From the NCBI GenBank assembly GCA_050949565.1, contig JBMNFY010000017.1, positions 320,001 to 384,000 on the forward strand: a stretch of DNA of 64,000 nucleotides. The letters are read 5' to 3'. Shown here in pieces: positions 57,891 to 64,000 of this stretch (positions within the stretch are counted from its first letter, which is position 1; every line of letters begins with the position of its first letter). This DNA is from Kiritimatiellia bacterium. GTDB taxonomy: Bacteria; Verrucomicrobiota; Kiritimatiellia; RFP12; UBA1067. The notes beneath the pieces were generated by a model, which worked only from the letters and a program-made list of their open reading frames with translations, made no database searches and was not told where the DNA came from. The translations under genes were made by a program, and so were the position numbers.

Positions 57891-59634
57891 CGTTATCGGA
57901 TTTTTCGCAACAGCATCGCGACCAAGCGAAGCATCTCATCGAGCGGTGCGCAATACATTGGAACGGCTGGCCCGCTTCTCTCGGATGCCGCTCGGTGAAG
58001 GGTGTATCGGGGATATCACGCTCTATCTCATTGGAAACGAAATTCCGGTTGTTCCGAGTCAAGCAGATGCGCCGTTTGATTTCATGCTATGCCCCAACGA
58101 CGCAATCAATCCGGAGTGGGACAGGTATCTCAAGGTGCGTGTTTCCCCGGATGGTGTTCATGTCGAAAACGATTATGCCGCCACCATCCCCGTCTACTAC
58201 TCGACGGAGAAGCATCTGTCTGTCTCCAATCTGGCATCCTGTGTAGAACAGGATCTTGCCGTAAAAATGGACGACATATCTCCTGACGCGATGTTTGGAT
58301 TTCTTCGGTTCTCCCATTTTATATGGGACGAGACCGCATTTTCGACTGTTCGCCAGTTGATCCCAGATGCGAAAGCTGATTTCTTTCTCACGCTCGAGAA
58401 TTCGATCGTCCCCAAGCACAGCGTGAAGGCGTCTTCGTCCAGATGTAACAGAACTGACAATCAAGTGGCTGACGAACTCTATGAGCTAAACCGTGAGTTG
58501 GTCATGCGCACCCTGGGAGATGCCGAGACTGTGATTCTCCCGTTGTCGGCTGGGTATGACTCGCGCATGATCTTTTCGGTTCTTGCGAGTGACAAACAGA
58601 CAAAGAAGCGCCTGCATTGCTTCACGTACGGCGACCCAGGATGCGTGGAAGTCGAAGCTGCACGCATGCTTTGCGAGCGAGAGGGCGTCGCTTGGCAGCG
58701 CATATCGTTGCCTTGCCATTTCCTTTCGCGACCCTATCTTGATGTCATTCATGACATTTTCGGCGCGTCGCTTCACATGCATGGCATGTATCAACTTGAA
58801 TTTTTTGAGCAACTTGAACGAGTAATGCCGAAAATGGAAGGAGCGGTGCTGACATCTGGATTTATGACAGGCGTTCCTGCGGGACAGCACAATCGATTAC
58901 TGGGAATTAGCGCTCCAACAGATAGCCTTTATCAGGCGATGGAGAACTTTTCGCAAAGCCGAGTATGGCCCAATGAAATGCTCAAGGAACTTCCGCTGTT
59001 TAGAGGGAATGACTACAGCGAGTGTGCAGAGGCTCGGTTCCGCAGCGCATTTGATTCTGCTCCCGGCGAAATTTTCCATAAATCGATCGTTTTCGATATA
59101 TGGACGCGACAGAGGAATTTCATATCATATTACCCGCGTACACTCGAATGGCGTATTCCGACGATCAGCCCGCACATGAATACTGACTATGTGAATTTCT
59201 TCCTTTCCCTTGAAAAGCCTCACCTTGATGATCGGAAGGCCGTTGAGTTGATGTTCACCAAACACTATCCAGAACACGCGGCGATCGTTTCCAATAGCAA
59301 TGGGATTAAAACCCTGTCTCGGGGTTTTGATGCTTTCCTATACGCTGTCGCGGCTAAGCTTCAGCGACTTAGATTGACCCGTCTGCTCCCCAAAAAATAT
59401 TGGATAACGGATCTCTGGCTTGACATCCCTGCGTTGCAGAATTCTGGCCCTGACGGATTATACCCACTCTTGTCGGAAGACGCCGGAATGGGCGAAATCA
59501 TCGACGGCATTTGCGGACGCTCGGTCGCAAATGAGCAGGGACGGCGCGCACTTCGCGGAGATGTGGCGGCGTATGAGCGGTTGATCCCAATACAATCTGT
59601 CCTGCTGAGCCTCATGAAAACACAAAAGCTGTAA
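57883..59634 (+). CDS. Asparagine-synthase-related protein without N-terminal catalytic Cys
   Basis: PP-loop LSAGYDSR, FTYG, EVEAAR. Confidence 0.7.
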   Translation: MNNVIGFFATASRPSEASHRAVRNTLERLARFSRMPLGEGCIGDITLYLIGNEIPVVPSQADAPFDFMLCPNDAINPEWDRYLKVRVSPDGVHVENDYAATIPVYYSTEKHLSVSNLASCVEQDLAVKMDDISPDAMFGFLRFSHFIWDETAFSTVRQLIPDAKADFFLTLENSIVPKHSVKASSSRCNRTDNQVADELYELNRELVMRTLGDAETVILPLSAGYDSRMIFSVLASDKQTKKRLHCFTYGDPGCVEVEAARMLCEREGVAWQRISLPCHFLSRPYLDVIHDIFGASLHMHGMYQLEFFEQLERVMPKMEGAVLTSGFMTGVPAGQHNRLLGISAPTDSLYQAMENFSQSRVWPNEMLKELPLFRGNDYSECAEARFRSAFDSAPGEIFHKSIVFDIWTRQRNFISYYPRTLEWRIPTISPHMNTDYVNFFLSLEKPHLDDRKAVELMFTKHYPEHAAIVSNSNGIKTLSRGFDAFLYAVAAKLQRLRLTRLLPKKYWITDLWLDIPALQNSGPDGLYPLLSEDAGMGEIIDGICGRSVANEQGRRALRGDVAAYERLIPIQSVLLSLMKTQKL

Positions 59635-59666
59635 GCACGACTATTAACTGCGGTCTAACTTCGCGC

Positions 59667-60863
59667 TCATGAACGACCGCAGGACCAAGGTAGCATTTTA
59701 TCAGCCAACAAACGAGATTCATCTGTACGAAGATCCCTGATTTCACCGCACAAGACACCCAATGCGGTTGCTAACATCTGACGGTGACTTTCGCAGGCAA
59801 CCATATGATACCACAGTAGATAATCGGAACGAACAGGATCGATGGGGTTAGCACCGCTGGAAACCATGTTTTTGATCGTCAGCAGATATTTTCTTACACA
59901 CGCCCGCAACCTCATCAGAAAAGGCACATGGAACCCCATGTACGCCGCTCCGTAGTGATCATATGATCGTAAGGCTACTTCCTGCCACAACGCCTCAAGC
60001 AAATCTGGATTGCTAAAAGGCCGGTTGCACAACTCCAAATAGCGCACCATCGTTGTATGTTCTTCGGGAGTGCTTTCTTCGATCGTAACGGTGTCTAAAT
60101 CCGTTCGTTGCCGGATCACAAAGGTCAAAGGTCGCCAACGTAGAGGCTTGGCAGCGAAATCAATTTCAGCACCTAATGACCATAGACCGTTGGGGGCGTC
60201 GCGCCACTTGTCCGGATCAACCGCAAAGTTGCCCATGCCGTAAAAAATCACGCCCTCATCATAGGTTTCATAACCCTGGGGAACATGCGAATGATGGCCA
60301 TGCACAACGGTGGCACCAGCATCAATAAAGGAGTGATACAGTTCTCGAATATAGGGTGAAGGCCAAGGAGAGTCTTCAATCGCAGCATGAACAGACACAA
60401 TCACGGTATCGACTTTTGTGCGCAACTGCCGGATCACGCGATAAACCCACGGGCCAAACTCGGCAACGCCTGCAGTATCGCGTCGCGAAACACCAAACTG
60501 AGCCTCGCAACAGGAGATGATCCCAACATCAACCCCTCTGTCACGAACAACTATCGGTTGCCTTGCCTCACCGATGTCTTTACCGGCACCGCATGACTGT
60601 ATGCCCCTAGCATTGAGAGCCTTTAAAGTTTCCTCAAGTCCTCGAACACCGAAATCCATGAGATGATTGTTAGCCAGTGCGAAAACAAATCTCGTGCAGT
60701 CTGGAAATTCACAAGAACACAGAGCGGGGCCAGCTTTGGGAATCGGCAAACAAGTATGGCCTGATGGCAAAATCGGCCCTTCCAAATTTGCCAAACAAAC
60801 ATGATCGCCTATCTTCAATTGGCATCTTTTGCTCCCTAAAGCCCAATCTCCAAGCAGAACCAT
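59667..60863 (-). CDS. CapA/PGA_cap-family metallophosphoesterase-like protein
   Basis: ANLEGP, LANNHLMDFG, VSVH, GHHSHVPQG, YGMGNF. Confidence 0.88.
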   Translation of the reverse strand: MVLLGDWALGSKRCQLKIGDHVCLANLEGPILPSGHTCLPIPKAGPALCSCEFPDCTRFVFALANNHLMDFGVRGLEETLKALNARGIQSCGAGKDIGEARQPIVVRDRGVDVGIISCCEAQFGVSRRDTAGVAEFGPWVYRVIRQLRTKVDTVIVSVHAAIEDSPWPSPYIRELYHSFIDAGATVVHGHHSHVPQGYETYDEGVIFYGMGNFAVDPDKWRDAPNGLWSLGAEIDFAAKPLRWRPLTFVIRQRTDLDTVTIEESTPEEHTTMVRYLELCNRPFSNPDLLEALWQEVALRSYDHYGAAYMGFHVPFLMRLRACVRKYLLTIKNMVSSGANPIDPVRSDYLLWYHMVACESHRQMLATALGVLCGEIRDLRTDESRLLADKMLPWSCGRS

Positions 60864-60921
60864 TTGTCAATTATCCCTTCCCGCTTAACATGACCACGCC
60901 ACATTGAAGGAGCACTGTACA

Positions 60922-61659
60922 CTAAAGCTCAGGATTAGTAAACTGAGTGCCCTTTTCTTTTTTTCGATATAAGTAATCAAGCGGAGAGAATTGCTCCACT
61001 CTGTCATACAATGGAGAAAGTAACTTATCAACCTTTTCGATATGTTCGGTCTCGACTAGTATAATGGTCGGCGAAAACAACTTGAAATCAAGTCCATTTA
61101 AAACATGTAGTTCATATCCTTCTACATCCAATGAAAAAAAATCAATGTGCTTGAATTCAGTATCGGAAATCACAGAGGTCAGAGTCCGTCCAACAGCCTC
61201 GATTGTTTGCCCAAGAGGGTCAACGTCCATAGACCCATCAGACTTTTGCACCATCTGGGACATTAATCCACCCTGTTCATGCACCGAAATGACAAATTGC
61301 CTTCCCTCGTCGTCAGGTGCAACCAATGCACAGTTAACAACAGTATCCAAAGGGCGATTTTTTTTACACTTCAGATAAATGGGATAAACCGGCTCAATTA
61401 AAATTCCTCTCCACGCTAATGCCTTACTTAAATAATACGTATTACTCTGCGTAATACCGTCATTCGCTCCAGCTTCAATGTACACGCCCTTTTCAAAATT
61501 GAGATACCGAGAGAGTTTCTTGTCCATCTCGTATAACCCCATTCGAGACCATCTATAAACACCAAAAGCCTCGGCAACACGACGCCTGCCTCTCAGAAAG
61601 GTATCTGCTAGCCAGTAGTAACACCTAACGCCAAGAGCTGCTTTAATCAAACCCAACAT
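60922..61659 (-). CDS. FkbM-family methyltransferase
   Basis: YIEAGANDG..QSNT, GILIEP, FSLDVEGYE..VL.G. Confidence 0.9.
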   Translation of the reverse strand: MLGLIKAALGVRCYYWLADTFLRGRRRVAEAFGVYRWSRMGLYEMDKKLSRYLNFEKGVYIEAGANDGITQSNTYYLSKALAWRGILIEPVYPIYLKCKKNRPLDTVVNCALVAPDDEGRQFVISVHEQGGLMSQMVQKSDGSMDVDPLGQTIEAVGRTLTSVISDTEFKHIDFFSLDVEGYELHVLNGLDFKLFSPTIILVETEHIEKVDKLLSPLYDRVEQFSPLDYLYRKKEKGTQFTNPEL

Positions 61660-61712
61660 AGGCCTAATCCCCCTTTAGAGTCTGAACTCAGTCCAAATCC
61701 AAAAATTCATTT

Positions 61713-63080
61713 CTATTCCCTTCTCGTCTCTTTGTCAGAAATCGCTTCCGTACTTTCCCCACTGCGTGACGGCAAAAATGCGGGCAACGCAACAATCAGT
61801 GCAAAAAAGAAAATATACCACGTAATGACACCAATCCTCATAAAATTTCTGTCCAATACCCACTGGATGAGCGCATCAGGAAGCACGCCTCTGAAAAAAT
61901 TGATCCCACCGATTGAATAAAGCAAACACGCTTCCAGCACGTACAAAAAACTGGCAAAAAACACAAGTCGAAATCTGCGGCATGCTAACTCATACGCTAT
62001 GTAGCAGGCAATCGCTGCGCGCAAAAGGTTAATACCACATACAACTCCAACCAAATGCGCATATGGCCGGTAAATATTCCACGAAGGGACCAGCGAAAAA
62101 ATCCAGGGGCACAGCAGATGGATGACCAGTGCAATGATTCCCCCGAATCCAAAAATCGATGCCATTGCTTGTCGATACAATGGCCGCACAGCACGGCCGG
62201 TTTCATGTCTTTCTGATACCAAAGAAAGGAAAACAACGCTAACTGCTCCCCACAGAGATGTCGGAATTTCAGCAAATCGTGAAATAAAATAATAGGCCGC
62301 CGATTCGACATCAGGGAGTCGGTGGCGGATTACGAAAACTTCGGACGCCCCTTGCAAACTTCCACTTGCCACGAGTATGGCCACCGGAATTGTAAAAAGA
62401 ACGATCTCACGCCAATTTTGCCAATACTTAACAGCAACCACTGCCCGCCCCAAGTGCTTCCTTAATGCAAAAAAAGCGTATCCTATTTTAAAGGTCTCCG
62501 ACACCAACTGCCCCGAGAAATAACCTGCAATCCCTTGTACGGGCAACATCACCAACATGACTAGCAGGCGAACAGGCGCGGTCACTGCATTAATGACAGC
62601 AACCGAAGAAAAATGCTTGAGGCCCTGCAACGCCTGAACGAACAACGGGGCAACTGTTGCACTTAATCCTGCGCACAAAACGAGCCACGTTAAATATCCT
62701 GACCCTACGCGTAAACGCAGAAAGACAGCGGGCATTAAATAATGCGCACACACGGCTGTCAGCACAGCAACAATGCCCGCCAACAAAAAAACATCATACA
62801 AAAGACGTTTAATTTTCCCCAACTCGCCACGTGTCGCAAACACATTAAGGAATTTACCAAAAGGAATGAGAATGATCGCCAGCGGCAAGCCCAGCAAACC
62901 ACCGATTTGTGACAGAGGTAGCACCGCGCCCAACTCGTCTCCCGGAATATATTTCGGTACTAGCCAAAGACCTATAAAAATGTTGATCAGGTCGCCGACC
63001 CTCTGTACAACGAACAAAATGGCCGAATACCACCAGAGTGGCCCCAACCACGCCTTGGCCTGCTTCAAAAGACGGGTCAT
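61713..63080 (-). CDS. Wzx-like oligosaccharide flippase
   Basis: About 12 hydrophobic segments in 455 aa, inside a glycan locus. Confidence 0.7.
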   Translation of the reverse strand: MTRLLKQAKAWLGPLWWYSAILFVVQRVGDLINIFIGLWLVPKYIPGDELGAVLPLSQIGGLLGLPLAIILIPFGKFLNVFATRGELGKIKRLLYDVFLLAGIVAVLTAVCAHYLMPAVFLRLRVGSGYLTWLVLCAGLSATVAPLFVQALQGLKHFSSVAVINAVTAPVRLLVMLVMLPVQGIAGYFSGQLVSETFKIGYAFFALRKHLGRAVVAVKYWQNWREIVLFTIPVAILVASGSLQGASEVFVIRHRLPDVESAAYYFISRFAEIPTSLWGAVSVVFLSLVSERHETGRAVRPLYRQAMASIFGFGGIIALVIHLLCPWIFSLVPSWNIYRPYAHLVGVVCGINLLRAAIACYIAYELACRRFRLVFFASFLYVLEACLLYSIGGINFFRGVLPDALIQWVLDRNFMRIGVITWYIFFFALIVALPAFLPSRSGESTEAISDKETRRE

Positions 63081-63234
63081 GCGAAGACTCCCACCCCAAA
63101 AACAAGCCCCACGTGTTTAGGCACCCTTATGAAACAGGCTTTCAGTGTGCCAATTGCGAGATCAGAAAGGCAAAACAAGATGCCGCACATTTTTCGATCG
63201 TAACCGGACATATCCCGTAACTCGCTGATCGGCA

Positions 63235-64000
63235 TCACTCTTTCTGCCATGTATCCCGCAAAACAGGGGACTGTTTGAATCCGAAAAGTTTGCCCAGCGT
63301 TGCCCAGCCGTACATCCAGAGCGTGATCCAGCATACGGGGATGTGATAGAGCCAGGCACGATCTGGCTTGCGCGCGAAGCCGCGCGCCATTTGAATGAGC
63401 AGCGGCACAATCAATACTGTCGATAGGCAGAAGAGCACGATGCCTGACCGCTTCTGGCGATCCCACGGGTAGGTGCGCTGCTTCTCTTGCGCGAAGTAGA
63501 GGAAGTCGCGGATGCGCCGCTGCTGCTTGCGCTTGAAGTCCGACAGGCGCGCACAGTAGAGATGCACGATGCCGGTCTTGACCTTGGCCACCTGCGTAAA
63601 GCCGGCGCGCACGGCTTGATGCACCACGTCGATGTCAAAAAAGTAGGGCGACCACACCACGTGCTCCAATAGCGAACGCCGAAAAACAAAACCGTTCGCG
63701 CCGATGGTCGGCAAGGCTTCTTCAGAAAGCGTCAGTTCAAGATAGTCGCCACGGTCCGTCTGTGGAACCTTCAGTCCAGTCCACGTGCCGGTGATAGCGC
63801 ATAGGCGGTCGTAATTGCGCGTGAACAGGCAGAGCGGGTCGTTCATGCCGAGCAGAGCGAAGTAGCGGGTCAGCGCCGGATCTTCCGGCCGGACTGTGTA
63901 GGCGATCGGCTCGCTCGCCACGATCTGCGGATTGTCGAACGGTGCCACCATCCGCTGCAGCCACTCTGCATCGGGCAGGATGTTATCACTGTCCACCAGT
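63235..64000 (-). CDS. Glycosyltransferase family 2, 5' end outside window
   Basis: DSDN DxD motif, TIGANG, FDID, C-terminal hydrophobic segments. Confidence 0.75.
   Translation of the reverse strand, partial: LVDSDNILPDAEWLQRMVAPFDNPQIVASEPIAYTVRPEDPALTRYFALLGMNDPLCLFTRNYDRLCAITGTWTGLKVPQTDRGDYLELTLSEEALPTIGANGFVFRRSLLEHVVWSPYFFDIDVVHQAVRAGFTQVAKVKTGIVHLYCARLSDFKRKQQRRIRDFLYFAQEKQRTYPWDRQKRSGIVLFCLSTVLIVPLLIQMARGFARKPDRAWLYHIPVCWITLWMYGWATLGKLFGFKQSPVLRDTWQKE

Overview
Bacterial window, GC-rich overall, probably from the PVC superphylum (Kiritimatiellae/Lentisphaerae-like). That taxonomy is an inference from the XylR-like regulator, the LamG secreted proteins and the repeat types. Layout: (1) 1-8.2 kb, a defence-island-like block: Type ISP restriction-modification enzyme, a coiled-coil/2-TM protein, a HEPN-like protein and an XRE-ImmA/IrrE + PIN pair. 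(2) 8.3-15.9 kb, a six-gene hydrogenase-4-like operon whose large subunit lacks the NiFe cysteines (Ehr type). (3) Housekeeping genes: tRNA-Ala(CGC), rplT, rpmI, cyclophilin, parE/parC, gap. (4) 22-31 kb, a carbohydrate-utilisation module. (5) 32-64 kb, a long surface-glycan locus interrupted by an ISKra4-like IS and a 7 kb tandem-LamG surface protein gene. The least explained signal is non-coding: at least four different short terminal-inverted-repeat 'shells' filled with shared REP-like hairpins and 6-9-mer tandem modules. Two lie in frame inside protein genes (one with a clean 4-bp target duplication, 105 bp in total), one supplies a gene's stop codon, and two flank an orphan AbrB antitoxin whose PIN toxin is reduced to a 15-codon stub. 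All calls come from reading the sequence and recalled motifs; no searches were run.
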